The notes: a model not told the origin generated them from the letters alone. 64,000 bases of DNA from an uncultured delta proteobacterium (GCA_963745835.1 CAVUZH010000018.1:384001-448000), one strand, 5' to 3'; numbered from the stretch's first letter, positions 21,400 to 32,740 are shown. Numbers and translations are program-made.

Positions 21400-21721
21400 C
21401 AGCCAGGAATGCCGTGCCAAACGTCAGGGCAATATTGCGATCGTTGGTCAGATGAGATTGTCCTGTTTTTCTTCTCTTGTGCGATACAGCCGCAAATTCC
21501 CAGGTCGCCGACCATCAGGTCGAAAGCATGCTCCGCAGCGAAGCGCGCGTTTGCTGACAGCCAGTGAGGATCGCGAGAATTCGTCCAAGTATCTTTCTTC
21601 CTTTCCGAGTTCCCGCGGCGCCGGATTGAGTTAAGCGACTGATCGCGGGTCCTTGGCTGCTTGAGCGCACGCTCACAGCAGGACTCAGCCGCGCAAAACA
21701 AGGATTCGGCATTGCGGTCCC

Positions 21722-23884
21722 GTGAGCTCTTCCAACAAGATTCTAATCGGACTCTGCGCCGGTGCCTTCGTCGGGATTTTCCTCGGCGAGCATGCCGGTG
21801 TGTTCAAATTCGCCGCGGATGGTTTTGTCAAGTTGCTGCAGATGAGTGTGCTGCCGTACATCACTCTCTCAATCGTCACGAGTCTGGGAAGCTTGAATTT
21901 TGCGCAGTTGAAGATTATTGGTCTTCGCGGTGGAGCGGTGCTCGTCGGCCTGTGGTGTCTCGCACTGGTTTTTACCTTCCTGATCGCGTTCACGTTTCCG
22001 GTCCTCGAGACTGCGTCATTTTTCAGCTCGACCCTGATCGAAGAGCGCCCGCCCTTCAACTTTGTCGATCTATTTATTCCGTCCAATCCGTTCCACGCGC
22101 TGTCGAACAACATCGTCCCGGCGGTCGTTCTTTTCTTTATCTTTTTCGGTGTTGCGCTTATCGGCGTCGAGCGCAAGCAAGTCGCGCTCGACGTTTTTAA
22201 TGTCGCCAAAGATGCCTTAGCCAAAGTGACCAAAGCCGTCGTGACTTTGATGCCCTATGGGGTTTTCGCCATTGCCGCAAACACGGCGGGCACGTTGAAC
22301 CTCGACCAAATCGCCCGAATTCAGGTCTACCTGATCACTTACGTGATCGTTGCTCTCCTCGTGGCTCTCTGGGTATTGCCCGGTCTGGTCGCGGCGCTCA
22401 CTCCCTTCAGCTATCGCGAGGTGCTCGGGCCGACGCGAGACGGGCTGATCACTGCATTTGTCGCGGCAGATTTGTTCATCGTCCTGCCGATCCTGATCCA
22501 GGCATGCAAGGATCTGCTAGAGCGTCGCCGGCTCGTCGACGAGCGGACAAGGGCGCTGCCGGAAGTGATCATCCCGACGTCCTTCAATTTTCCCCATACC
22601 GGCAAGCTCCTGTCCATCAGCTTCATCTTGTTCGCCGGATGGTTCGCCGATGCGGCGGTGCCGTTGTCGGAATATCCGCGTCTGGCGCTGGCCGGTCTGC
22701 TTACGTTCTTCGGCAGTCTCAATGTCGCAGTGCCGTTCCTGCTCGACCTGTTCCGGATCCCGGCCGATACGTTTCAGCTGTTCCTTGCCACCGGCGTTAT
22801 CAACTCGAGATTCGGCGCGCTGCTCGCGGCGGTCCACACGGTGGCGGTGGCACTGCTCGGAAGTGCGGCGATCGTCGGTGCGCTGCGCTTCAGCCCGGCG
22901 CGCATTGGCCGCTATGTTGTGGTCACGGCCGGGGTAACGGCTGTGACAATTGGTGGCTTGCGAGTAGCTTTCGACACCGCTCTAGCGGGAAGCTTTGCCG
23001 GTGAGGAGCTAGTCTACGGAATGCGTCCGCTCATGACCGCTGGCGATGCGCGACTGTTGAAATCGTCCGAGCTCAGCGAGGTTGGAAAAGCGGCTGCGCC
23101 GGCGGGACCGCTGCTCGACACGATCACGCGACGTGGTACGCTCCGCGTCGGCGTGTTTGCTGATCGCCTGCCGTTCGTTTTCATCGATCGAGAAGGTCAT
23201 CTGGTCGGGTTCGACGTCGAAATGGCCCAGCTCCTTGCCCGTGATCTTGGCGTCAAGGTTGAATTCGTCGAGATGGAAGCGGTCGGTCCGGAGGTGCCCC
23301 GTTTGTTGGCGACCGACACGGTCGATGTGGCGATGACGGGATTTCCAGTGACAGCGGGGCGCGCCAGCCAAATCCTTCACTCCGAGCCTTACCTGGACGA
23401 GACCCTTGCGTTCGTGGTGAAAGATCGACTGCGGGAGAGTTTTTCCAGCTGGGCTAACATACGGGAGCTCGGTAGCTTCTCTGTGCTGATTCCTGCCTTG
23501 CCGTACTTTAGCGATGTGGTAAGAACTCGCGCGCCAGCGCTCCAGCTCACACTGGCAGCCTCCATGACGCAAATCGAGCAGGCGCTTAAAAATGGTACAT
23601 CCGATGCGGTCGTGCTCCCCGCCGAGCGCGGCTCGGTTCTGAGCCTGCTCTATCCAAAGTACACCGTGGTTGTGCCGGAACCGGGGATCGTCAAGATACC
23701 GCTGGCCTATCCTGTGGCCCGCCGCGATCACGAACTTGCAGCGTTTCTCAATACATGGATCGAGCTCAAGCGGCGCGACGGTACCATCGACGCGCTTTAC
23801 GGCCACTGGATTCTCGGCAAGCAGGCCGTCAAACGCGAGCCACGCTGGTCGATCATGCGCAACGTGCTGCACTGGGTCAACTGA
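21722..23884 (+). CDS. Cation:dicarboxylate/amino-acid symporter (DAACS) fused to a C-terminal PBPb substrate-binding domain
   Basis: FIPSNPF, PYGVFAI in the TM region; RGTLRVG, GFDVEMA, SEPY in the C-terminal domain. Confidence 0.85.
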   Translation: MSSSNKILIGLCAGAFVGIFLGEHAGVFKFAADGFVKLLQMSVLPYITLSIVTSLGSLNFAQLKIIGLRGGAVLVGLWCLALVFTFLIAFTFPVLETASFFSSTLIEERPPFNFVDLFIPSNPFHALSNNIVPAVVLFFIFFGVALIGVERKQVALDVFNVAKDALAKVTKAVVTLMPYGVFAIAANTAGTLNLDQIARIQVYLITYVIVALLVALWVLPGLVAALTPFSYREVLGPTRDGLITAFVAADLFIVLPILIQACKDLLERRRLVDERTRALPEVIIPTSFNFPHTGKLLSISFILFAGWFADAAVPLSEYPRLALAGLLTFFGSLNVAVPFLLDLFRIPADTFQLFLATGVINSRFGALLAAVHTVAVALLGSAAIVGALRFSPARIGRYVVVTAGVTAVTIGGLRVAFDTALAGSFAGEELVYGMRPLMTAGDARLLKSSELSEVGKAAAPAGPLLDTITRRGTLRVGVFADRLPFVFIDREGHLVGFDVEMAQLLARDLGVKVEFVEMEAVGPEVPRLLATDTVDVAMTGFPVTAGRASQILHSEPYLDETLAFVVKDRLRESFSSWANIRELGSFSVLIPALPYFSDVVRTRAPALQLTLAASMTQIEQALKNGTSDAVVLPAERGSVLSLLYPKYTVVVPEPGIVKIPLAYPVARRDHELAAFLNTWIELKRRDGTIDALYGHWILGKQAVKREPRWSIMRNVLHWVN

Positions 23885-23937
23885 TCTCGTCGCAGATTAG
23901 CCCGCATTCTCAGAGGGCAAGTTTTCCTCTGTGCCGC

Positions 23938-23957
23938 CATTGGACTAAGGTCCAATA
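23938..23957. promoter_or_regulatory. Palindromic operator site 5 (CATTGGACTAAGGTCCAATA)
   Basis: Upstream of the RND operon; TATAAC 19 nt downstream, within a TTCTATAACTAT direct repeat. Confidence 0.85.
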
Positions 23958-24124
23958 TACCGAATCGCGACATTTCTATAACTATTCTATAACTATGGAC
24001 TTGCACCAGAAGTTGCCGGAGCAGGAGTTTGACTCTCACCTAATGACTTGCTAGGGCTCGAAGGCTCTAAGCGACGTCGGCAAATAATCGTGGAATCGGT
24101 GCATTCAAACCATAGGGAGATAAC

Positions 24125-25336
24125 GTGAACATTGAAAGTGTTCGCTTGAGGCTCGGGCGATTGATGCGCACTTCACCCACTCTCATTTATTTTCTCATTT
24201 TAGCGGCTCCCGTTGCCTGCTCAAAAACAGAGGCTCCGCCGCCGCCTGCGCCGCCCGAGGTGCAAGTAGCCGAAGTCACACAAAACGATGTGCCCATTTC
24301 CATCGAGCTAGTTGGAGCGACCTTAGGATCGGAAGATGTCGAGATTCGAGCGCGCGTGGAAGGCTATCTGGTTTCCATGAACTTCACCGAGGGTTCGTTC
24401 GTCAAAAAAGGCCAGCTCTTGTATCGGATCGATCCCCAGCCCTTTGAGGCTGCGCTCGCGGAGGCCTCGGCCAATCTTTCCACGGCGCGCGCGCGAGTCG
24501 ACAAAACCAATAATGACGTAGCGCGTCTAACGCCGCTTGCAAAACAGCAGGCTGTCAGTCAACAGGAGGTCGATAACGCGGTCTCGGCGCAGGAGGCCGC
24601 CCAGGCTCAGGTCGCCGCATACGACGCAAAAGTCGCTAAGGCTAAGCTCGACTTGGCCTACACGACAATCACTTCGCCCATCGATGGGCTGATCGGCACG
24701 ACACAGAAAAAAGTCGGCAGCTTGGTGGCGGGCGGGGAGACACTGCTTAATACTGTTTCGCAAATCAATCCGATTCTGTTTCGCTGCGCCATCGCCGAAG
24801 CGGAGTATTTAAGACTCGCGCGGCGCGGTGCGATTCGCGATAAATCTGAGAACAAGAAATTCGGCGTCGAGTTACTTCTTGCCGATGGCAGCGTTCACCC
24901 TCACAAAGGACGCCTGGACTCGGTCGAGCGCGCCGTCGATCCAACGACGGGCACTCTCAGCGGCCAATTTAGCTTTCCCAATCCTGAGCGGATTCTGCGT
25001 CCGAACCAGTATGGACGCGCGCGTATTGTCACCGATGTTAAGCAAGGGGCCGTGCTGGTTCCGCAGCGGGCGGTGCAGGAAATTCAAGGCCTCTACAGCG
25101 TTATGGTTGTGAAACCGGATGAGACGGTGGAGCAGCGTATGATTAAGGCAGGCGAACGGGTCGGCAACTTGTGGATTATCGATTCGGGAGCCAAGCCCGG
25201 AGAAAAGGTGATCGTCGAAGGCATTCAAAAGGTTCGCCCCGGCGTGAAAGTCAACGCGAAGCCGGAGAAGAGCGAAGCGGGCGCTGCGCTCAGTCATAAA
25301 GCCCCAACGGATAGCAATCTCAAGACAGGGAAATAG
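24125..25336 (+). CDS. RND efflux periplasmic adaptor (MFP)
   Basis: VEIRARVEG, VKKGQLLYRID, ITSPIDG, VDPTTGT, VPQRAV. Confidence 0.92.
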   Translation: MNIESVRLRLGRLMRTSPTLIYFLILAAPVACSKTEAPPPPAPPEVQVAEVTQNDVPISIELVGATLGSEDVEIRARVEGYLVSMNFTEGSFVKKGQLLYRIDPQPFEAALAEASANLSTARARVDKTNNDVARLTPLAKQQAVSQQEVDNAVSAQEAAQAQVAAYDAKVAKAKLDLAYTTITSPIDGLIGTTQKKVGSLVAGGETLLNTVSQINPILFRCAIAEAEYLRLARRGAIRDKSENKKFGVELLLADGSVHPHKGRLDSVERAVDPTTGTLSGQFSFPNPERILRPNQYGRARIVTDVKQGAVLVPQRAVQEIQGLYSVMVVKPDETVEQRMIKAGERVGNLWIIDSGAKPGEKVIVEGIQKVRPGVKVNAKPEKSEAGAALSHKAPTDSNLKTGK

Positions 25337-25339
25337 CTC

Positions 25340-28300
25340 ATGGCAAATTTTTTCATCCGCAGGCCCATCGTTGCCATAGTGATCTCGATCATCATGGTCC
25401 TGATGGGACTTTTTACGTTGAAGGGACTCAGTATCGAGCAGTATCCGTTTCTCGCGCCGCCTTCGATCCGTGTCACGGCGACCTATCCGGGCGCTTCCGC
25501 GGTGGCGGTCGAGCAATCGGTGGCGACACCCATCGAGCAGGAAGTCAATGGCGTCGACAAGATGATTTATATGAAATCGTCGAACACCAGCGACGGCCGC
25601 ATGCAGCTCGATGTCAATTTCGAGGTCGGCGTCGATCAGGACACGGCGAACGTGTTGACTCAAAACCGAGTCTCGTCGGCTCAGGCCCGGCTGCCGCAGG
25701 AGGTTGTCCAACAGGGAGTCACGGTCAAGAAGCAAAGCCCGAGCATCCTGATGCTGATCTCGCTCTACTCGCCTGAGGGAAGCTACGACGCTAACTTTTT
25801 GATCAATTATTCCGGCATCAACCTGCGCGATCAGATCCTGCGCATCCCAGGCGTTGCCCAGGTCGATCTCTTCGGCGGTGCTGACTACGGCATGCGCATT
25901 TGGCTGCGGCCGGACAGGCTCGCCAGACTCGCTCTCACGCCCGCGGATGTTATCTCGGCGATTAAAGAACAGAACCTCCAGGCGCCGGCGGGACGCGTCG
26001 GCATGGCCCCATCGCCAAAGGACCAGGAGTTTACCTACACCGTGAGTGCCCCCGGCCGACTGGTTAACCCGGAGGAGTTCGAGAACATCATCCTGCGCCA
26101 AACCGAAACCGGCGCGCAGATTCGCGTGAAGGACGTCGGCCGCGCCGAGTTGGGGTCGCAGGACTACAACTCGTTCGGACGGCTTGACGGTAAAGCGTCG
26201 GGTACTATGGCCGTCTACCTACTGCCGGGGGCAAACCAACTCCAGGCGTCCGAGGCGATTTATGAGACGATGCGGCTTGCGAAAGGGCTCTTTCCGCCGG
26301 ACATAGACTACAAGATCGTGTATGACACAACGCCGGCGGTCAATGCCTCCATCGAAGGCATCGTCCATACGTTTGTCGAGGCGATCATCTTGGTCACGCT
26401 GGTGGTTTTCATCTTTCTGCAAAACCTGCGCGCGACCATCATCCCGCTCATCACCGTGCCGGTATCGCTAATCGGCACCTTCATCTTTTTTCCGCTGCTG
26501 GGCTTCTCGGTGAACACTCTCTCGATGTTCGGCCTCGTCCTCGCCATCGGCATCGTCGTCGACGACGCCATCGTCGTGGTCGAAGCCGTGATGCACCACA
26601 TCGAGCATGGGATGAACCCGAAGGAAGCGACCATCCAAGCGATGAAGGAAGTCTCAGGCCCGGTCGTCGGCATCGCGCTTATTCTCTCGGCCGTGTTCGT
26701 CCCGGTGGCTTTCCTGGGCGGCCTGACCGGACAGATGTACAAGCAATTCGCCTTGACCATTGCCATATCGGTGCTGCTCTCAGCTTTCGCCGCACTGTCG
26801 CTCGCGCCAGCTCTCTGTGCCATGTTTTTGAAGCCGCCAAAGCCGGCGCGCGGCCCGCTGGGAAAATTCTTCGGCTGGTTCAACCGCGTCTTTGACCGCA
26901 CGACCAGCGCGTACATCAGCACCTCACGGCTCCTGGTGCGACGTTCGATACTTACCATCGTCATCGTCGCCGCGGTGGCTGTCGGCGCCGGCCTTTTCGG
27001 CGGCGCGCTGCCCGCAGGCTTCATCCCCGAGGAGGACCAGGGAATCTTCGGTGTCAACGTGACGCTCCCGCCCGCTGCCTCTCTCGAGCGCACGGGTAGA
27101 GTGCTAACACAGGTCGAGCAGATCCTGGCCAAAACCGAAGGAGTCGAGTCTTTTACCACCATCGGCGGCTACGGCGTGGTGACGAGCACCTATCAACCTA
27201 ACTTCGGCACTATCTTTGTTCGTCTCAAACCGTGGGATGATCGTCATTCCGAAGCGCTTCATGTGCGCGGCATCATGGCGGGCTTGCAGCCGCAGCTGGC
27301 GAAGATTTCCGAGGCACTGATCTTTCCTTTCAATATTCCGACGATCTCCGGCTTCGGTGCCTCGGCCGGCTTTAACTTCCTCTTGCAGGATCGCAGCGGC
27401 TCGCTCAGCGTGCAGCAACTAGGCGACTTCTCCCGCCAGTTCCTCGATGCGGCGCGCAAACGGCCGGAACTGGCCAACCTCTTTACCTCCTTCGATCCCC
27501 GCTATCCACAAGTGAAGGTGGATCTCGACCGCGAGAAGGCGCGCAAGCTGGGAGTACCGGTCAACGAGGTCTTCCAAGCGCTGTCCGCGGTCATGGGAGG
27601 CAGCTACGTGAACGACTTCAATCGCTTCGGCCGGCTGTTTCGCGTCTATGTCCAGGCGGATGCCGACTACAGGCGCAACCCCACAGACATTGGCGATATT
27701 TACGTCCGTAGCCAAAGCACCAAAAGCATGATCCCGCTCTCTACCTTGGTGAGCATTACCTCTGAAAACGGCACCGAAGTCACCAACCGCTTCAACCTGT
27801 TTCGTTCGGTCGAAATCAATGGCGTCCCTGGTCGCGGCTACACTTCCGGACAGGCTTTGACGGCGCTTGAAGATGTTTTCAAGGAGACCATGCCAAGGGA
27901 ATTGGGCTTTGCTTATTCGAGCCTATCCTATCAGGAAAAAGTGGCGCCGCCGGCGGGACCGACCTTTGCTCTCGCGATCGTTTTCGTGTTTCTGCTCCTG
28001 GCCGCTATGTATGAGAGCTGGCGCCTGCCATGGGCGGTTCTGCTCGGCTCGCCTCTCGTGGCCCTGGGCTCGTTCTTCGGGGTCTGGCTGATGGGTTATG
28101 ACAACAACGTCTACGTTCAAGTCGGTAATATAATGCTGATCGGGCTCGCCGCCAAGAACGCGATTCTGATCGTTGAGTTTGCCAAAGCGAAACACGACGA
28201 GGGCATGTCGCCTGAAGATGCCGCGCTCGAATCGGCGCGGCTGCGCTTCCGCCCGATCCTCATGACCGCATTCGCCTTTATCTTGGGCGTAGTTCCCCTG

Positions 28301-28495
28301 ATGATCGCGAGCGGCGCGGGCGCCGGCGCGCAGAACGTCATGGGCACTGCCGTCTTCTGGGGAATGCTGGTCGCTACCGCTCTCGGGGTTTTTCTCATTC
28401 CTGGGAACTTCGCGTTCGTCGAGGGCTTGGGGAGAAAGAAGAAGTTGGCGCCAAGAGCAGTCCCTGTCGTGCCGTCGCATGAGGGGGCTCACTAA
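25340..28495 (+). CDS. RND efflux permease (HAE1, AcrB-like)
   Basis: FFIRRPI, AIGIVVDDAIVVVE, GLAAKNAILIVEFA, RFRPILMT. Confidence 0.95.
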   Translation: MANFFIRRPIVAIVISIIMVLMGLFTLKGLSIEQYPFLAPPSIRVTATYPGASAVAVEQSVATPIEQEVNGVDKMIYMKSSNTSDGRMQLDVNFEVGVDQDTANVLTQNRVSSAQARLPQEVVQQGVTVKKQSPSILMLISLYSPEGSYDANFLINYSGINLRDQILRIPGVAQVDLFGGADYGMRIWLRPDRLARLALTPADVISAIKEQNLQAPAGRVGMAPSPKDQEFTYTVSAPGRLVNPEEFENIILRQTETGAQIRVKDVGRAELGSQDYNSFGRLDGKASGTMAVYLLPGANQLQASEAIYETMRLAKGLFPPDIDYKIVYDTTPAVNASIEGIVHTFVEAIILVTLVVFIFLQNLRATIIPLITVPVSLIGTFIFFPLLGFSVNTLSMFGLVLAIGIVVDDAIVVVEAVMHHIEHGMNPKEATIQAMKEVSGPVVGIALILSAVFVPVAFLGGLTGQMYKQFALTIAISVLLSAFAALSLAPALCAMFLKPPKPARGPLGKFFGWFNRVFDRTTSAYISTSRLLVRRSILTIVIVAAVAVGAGLFGGALPAGFIPEEDQGIFGVNVTLPPAASLERTGRVLTQVEQILAKTEGVESFTTIGGYGVVTSTYQPNFGTIFVRLKPWDDRHSEALHVRGIMAGLQPQLAKISEALIFPFNIPTISGFGASAGFNFLLQDRSGSLSVQQLGDFSRQFLDAARKRPELANLFTSFDPRYPQVKVDLDREKARKLGVPVNEVFQALSAVMGGSYVNDFNRFGRLFRVYVQADADYRRNPTDIGDIYVRSQSTKSMIPLSTLVSITSENGTEVTNRFNLFRSVEINGVPGRGYTSGQALTALEDVFKETMPRELGFAYSSLSYQEKVAPPAGPTFALAIVFVFLLLAAMYESWRLPWAVLLGSPLVALGSFFGVWLMGYDNNVYVQVGNIMLIGLAAKNAILIVEFAKAKHDEGMSPEDAALESARLRFRPILMTAFAFILGVVPLMIASGAGAGAQNVMGTAVFWGMLVATALGVFLIPGNFAFVEGLGRKKKLAPRAVPVVPSHEGAH

Positions 28496-29890
28496 ATGAA
28501 GGCAGCCGCGCTTGTTTCTCTCCTCGCGTTTGTCATCGGCGGGTGCACGGTGGGTCCAAACTATAGTCGGCCCACAATATTAACTCCGGATAACCACCGC
28601 GATGCCCTGGAGCCGCCCAAAGCTGAATCGCTCGCCGACATTCCCTGGTGGGAGCTTTTCAACGATCCGGTGCTCCAAGAGCTGACCCGAGACGCCTTGC
28701 GCAACAACTATGATTTGCGCACCGCGGCCGCGCGAGTGGAGGAAGCGCGGGCCCAGATCGGTGTCTCACGGTCTTTCTTTTATCCCCAACTCACGCTTAA
28801 CGGCGGCGGTAGCGCTGAACAGGTTTCTCGGTCGAGCGATCCATCGCAGTCATTTGGCGCCAGCCGGAGTTTCCAAAATTGGTTCGGCAATTTCGCCATG
28901 ACTTGGGAATTCGATGTATTCGGCCGGATCCGGCGTGAAACGGAAGCGGCCGGCGCCAGGTATGTCGCCACTGAGATGGATCGGCGCGCCGTGTATATCA
29001 CCTTGGTTGCCGATGTTGCGCAGTCTTACTTTATTCTAAGAGAGCTGGATCTGGAGCTCGAAATCGCCCGGCGCACACTTCAGCTCAACGACGAGACCAT
29101 CCAGTTTTACCAAAGGCGGCTTGCCGGCGGCGTCTCCAACCGGCTCGAAGTTGATCAGTCAGTCGCCAATCGCTCGCGCACCGCGGCCGTGATTCCCGAT
29201 TTGGAACGTCGGATCGCCATTCAAGAAAATCTCATCAACTTTCTTCTGGCGCGCAATCCTGCAACGATTCCACGCGGCACAGTTCTCGTCGACCAATATC
29301 ATCCACCCGCAATTCCGGCGGGCTTGCCTTCAGCGTTGCTGGAGCGCCGTCCCGACGTGCAGAGCGCCGAACAGTTGCTGGTTGCGGCGAACGCCGATGT
29401 CGGGGCCGCCAAGGCGCTCTTCTTTCCTACTTTCTCGCTCGACGCGGCAGTCGGCGGCCTCACTCACAATATCTCCAACATCGACAAACGCGCGGCGGTC
29501 TGGGCGGTTTCCGGCGGTTTCTTGCAACCGATTTTTCAGGGCTGGCGACTGTTCTGGAACTATGACGCGACCATCGCGCGCTTTGACCAGTCGCTTGCGC
29601 AATATGAGAAGGCGGCGCAAAACGGTTTTCGGGAAGTGGCGGACGCGCTGGTAACGATTGAAAAACTCAGAGATGTGCGCGTCGAGCAGGAAGCGCAGGT
29701 TGGGGCGCTGCAAGACGCCTCGCGCCTCTCGCGTCTGCGCTACGATACCGGGTTGGCCAACTATATTGAAGTTTTGATCGCTGACCAGGACCTGTTTGAT
29801 GCCGAATTGGACCTTGCGCGCACACGCGGAGCTCAGCTCAACGCCGTCGTCCAGCTTTACCGCGCCCTCGGCGGTGGATGGCAGCCATGA
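28496..29890 (+). CDS. RND outer-membrane factor lipoprotein (NodT/OprM-like)
   Basis: GCTVGPNY, WWELFNDP, LLERRPDV, LYRALGGGW. Confidence 0.93.
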   Translation: MKAAALVSLLAFVIGGCTVGPNYSRPTILTPDNHRDALEPPKAESLADIPWWELFNDPVLQELTRDALRNNYDLRTAAARVEEARAQIGVSRSFFYPQLTLNGGGSAEQVSRSSDPSQSFGASRSFQNWFGNFAMTWEFDVFGRIRRETEAAGARYVATEMDRRAVYITLVADVAQSYFILRELDLELEIARRTLQLNDETIQFYQRRLAGGVSNRLEVDQSVANRSRTAAVIPDLERRIAIQENLINFLLARNPATIPRGTVLVDQYHPPAIPAGLPSALLERRPDVQSAEQLLVAANADVGAAKALFFPTFSLDAAVGGLTHNISNIDKRAAVWAVSGGFLQPIFQGWRLFWNYDATIARFDQSLAQYEKAAQNGFREVADALVTIEKLRDVRVEQEAQVGALQDASRLSRLRYDTGLANYIEVLIADQDLFDAELDLARTRGAQLNAVVQLYRALGGGWQP

Positions 29891-30133
29891 TGTAAGTTCA
29901 AAGCGTTTAAGTCGTTCAACAAGTTCAAACCGTTTCGGATGAGAACGTGGTGGATAAAATTTTTCTACGTAATCAACTGACTTCTGGTCGTCGTCCTGGT
30001 CGCCAGCCGATTTGAGCAGCGGCAATATGTAGTCTCACTCGGGGCGCTTGAAGTGGCGGAAATCGAGGTTGGTAGGGAATCCGCCGAAACGCGCGTACGA
30101 ATCAGTTAGCGAAAACAACAAAAGGAGGTTGTG

Positions 30134-30577
30134 ATGCGGAAAGTCATGCAGTGTTTGCAGATCAGCGGGTTGGTCATCTCGCTCCAAGCAGCGCTCGCTT
30201 GCGCTGTATTCGACACCAGTGAAAAGGCCCAGTGGTCGCCGACGAAGATCAGCGATTTTAAAAGTATCGCCGGAAAATGGGAAGGTCTTTTGATTCGAAC
30301 GCCGACAGCCAAAGACGAAGATTGGGTGAACGTCAGCATCCAAGATAATGGAGATTACGAGTTTGTCAGTTATCGTACGATCGGCGTGTTCAGCGGCAAA
30401 GGCAAATTGGCCGTGAAAGACGGCATAGCTGTGACACAAAATGAGAAGGGCAGCTTAGCGATGCAACTCTTTACCGATAAGACCAAGGGTCAATCCATGC
30501 TGAAAGCGGAGAGCAAGGGCAAAGACGGTATCGATTATCGGGCCGAGCTGACCAAGGCGTCAGCCAAACAAAAATAA
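30134..30577 (+). CDS. Hypothetical lipoprotein
   Basis: AGGAGG RBS, ALAC lipobox, IAGKWEG beta-rich domain. Confidence 0.7.
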   Translation: MRKVMQCLQISGLVISLQAALACAVFDTSEKAQWSPTKISDFKSIAGKWEGLLIRTPTAKDEDWVNVSIQDNGDYEFVSYRTIGVFSGKGKLAVKDGIAVTQNEKGSLAMQLFTDKTKGQSMLKAESKGKDGIDYRAELTKASAKQK

Positions 30578-30652
30578 GACAAGTTGCCGCGCTCCAACAA
30601 TCTATTTCTTCCTAGGCGAGAGCCGCTCGATAGTGAGAGACCGAAAACCTAG

Positions 30653-31111
30653 ATGAATCTTCGCACCATTCAAGGCATCCTGCTTGGGGTAATCATCGGT
30701 ATCGCCGTCGGCATCGGCGCATATACTTTCGCTTATGCCAAGGGCTGGTCCTATTTGACCGACGATGCGGCGGCGTGCGCCAACTGCCACGTGATGCGTG
30801 AGCAATTCGACGGCTGGCTCAAGTCGTCACATCGCGCGGTTGCGACCTGCAATAGCTGCCACACGCCGGCGAACCTCTTCGGCAAATACCTAACGAAAGC
30901 TTCGAACGGCTTCTGGCATTCATTTTTCTTCACGACGGGTGGCTATGAGGACGTTATTCAAATCAAGCCGCACAGCCGGGAGATCACCGAGCAGGCCTGT
31001 CGTGGCTGCCATGGGGAAATTGTCGACGCAATTGAAGCATCGCACTCGGCAGAGAGCGGCGGACAAGTCGTCTGTCTGAGCTGCCATAACTCGGTCGGGC
31101 ACTTGCAGTGA
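30653..31111 (+). CDS. nrfH: Cytochrome c nitrite reductase small subunit
   Basis: N-terminal TM; four CxxCH (CANCH, CNSCH, CRGCH, CLSCH); directly upstream of nrfA. Confidence 0.92.
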   Translation: MNLRTIQGILLGVIIGIAVGIGAYTFAYAKGWSYLTDDAAACANCHVMREQFDGWLKSSHRAVATCNSCHTPANLFGKYLTKASNGFWHSFFFTTGGYEDVIQIKPHSREITEQACRGCHGEIVDAIEASHSAESGGQVVCLSCHNSVGHLQ

Positions 31112-31147
31112 TGAGACGAATCCAAGCTTAGCTGTTTAGGAGAAACT

Positions 31148-32570
31148 ATGGCTGAAATCATTGCCAACGATGCTTCTGTTCGACGGCGCCGCCGTTTATT
31201 CTTCGTCATTGTCGGGGCCGCTGTGCTCGCAACCATCGTCGGCGTCGCCCTACTGATGAATATCTTTGAGCGCAAGCAGGAGGCGCGCAATCCGTTTTAT
31301 CGCGTCGTGGAGTTGACTGACGATACCGAAGATCCCGCAGTATGGGGCAAGAACTTCCCGCTGCAATATGACGACTACAAACGGACGGTCGACCAGGTGC
31401 GCACCCGCTTCGGCGGCAGCGAGGCCGAGCCGCGTACGCCGACCAAGGCCGATCCGCGCTCGGTGGTCTCTCAGTCGAAGATCGAGGAAGATCCGCGTTT
31501 GAAGACGATGTGGGCCGGCTACGCCTTTGCCAAAGATTTTCGCGAGGAGCGCGGTCACGCTTATATGCTCGACGACCAGACACTTACCGAACGCCAGCAA
31601 GTGGTCAAACAGCCAGGCACCTGCATTCAATGCCACGGGTCGGTCTACGTACCCTACAAGAAGGCGGGTGACGGCGATCTCATCAAAGGCTTCGAGAAAT
31701 TGAATCAAATGCCTTTCTTCGAAGCGCGCAAGCTGGTCTCGCACCCGGTGGCCTGCATCGATTGCCACGATGCGAGCACCATGCAGCTGCGGGTTACGCG
31801 CCCCGGTTTTATCGAAGGGATGCGCGAGTTAAAAGCCACACAAGGCGTTGAGAACTACGATGTCAACAAGCAGGCGACGCGCCAGGAGATGCGCGCTTAT
31901 GTCTGCGGCCAGTGCCACGTCGAATATTATTTCAAGGGACCGGAAAAGCGGCTGGTCTATCCCTGGGCCAAGGGGCTCAAGGTCGACAGAGATCCAGGCT
32001 TACTACGACGAAGTGCAATTCAAAGACTGGACGCACGCCGAGACCGGCGCGGGCGTGCTCAAGGCGCAACATCCGGAGTTCGAGATGTGGAATCAAGGGA
32101 TCCACGCGCGCTCGGGGGTCACTTGCGCCGATTGCCATATGCCTTACAAACGCGAAGGCGCGCTCAAGATCAGCGACCACCACGTGCGCAGCCCGGTGCT
32201 CAACATCAACCGCGCCTGCCAGACCTGCCACAAGTGGCCCGAAGAAGAGCTCAAGGCGCGGATCGAGACGATTCAGGAGCGCACCTTTAAGATGCGCAAT
32301 GTGGCGATGGATGCGCTGATGGATTTGATCAAGGATCTAAAAGCGGCGAAGGCAGCGGGTAAGACCGACAAGGAACTCGCAACGGCGCAGGACTTCCAGC
32401 GCAAGGCGCAGTTCTATCTCGATTTCGTCGAGGCGGAAAACTCAACCGGCTTTCATGCGCCGCAAGAAGCCGCGCGGATCCTCGGCGAGTCGGTTGATTT
32501 CTCCAGGAAAGGTCAGATCGCTTTGCGCGACGGCAAAAGCGTTGCGCGCGCTCCAAACGCTAAACCGTAA
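31148..32570 (+). CDS. nrfA: Ammonia-forming cytochrome c nitrite reductase, CxxCH-type first heme; frameshift near 31988
   Basis: WAGYAF, RGHAY, five heme motifs (CIQCH, CIDCH, CGQCHVEYYF, CADCH, CQTCH), KAQHPEFE, ENSTGFHAP. Confidence 0.92.
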
Positions 32571-32740
32571 TCGGTATTCGTCTGCCGAGAGCCAAGCGTA
32601 GTTCTGCCGAAACAGACCGTGTCGCAATCGGATGTTCGCCCTTCGAGAGCCTCAGGACCAAAGGAAAATACGCTGCGCAGAAAATTCCGTTAGAGGTGAG
32701 GTTCTCGATCGCGAACGGCCGAAAACTCCCAGCAATGCCC

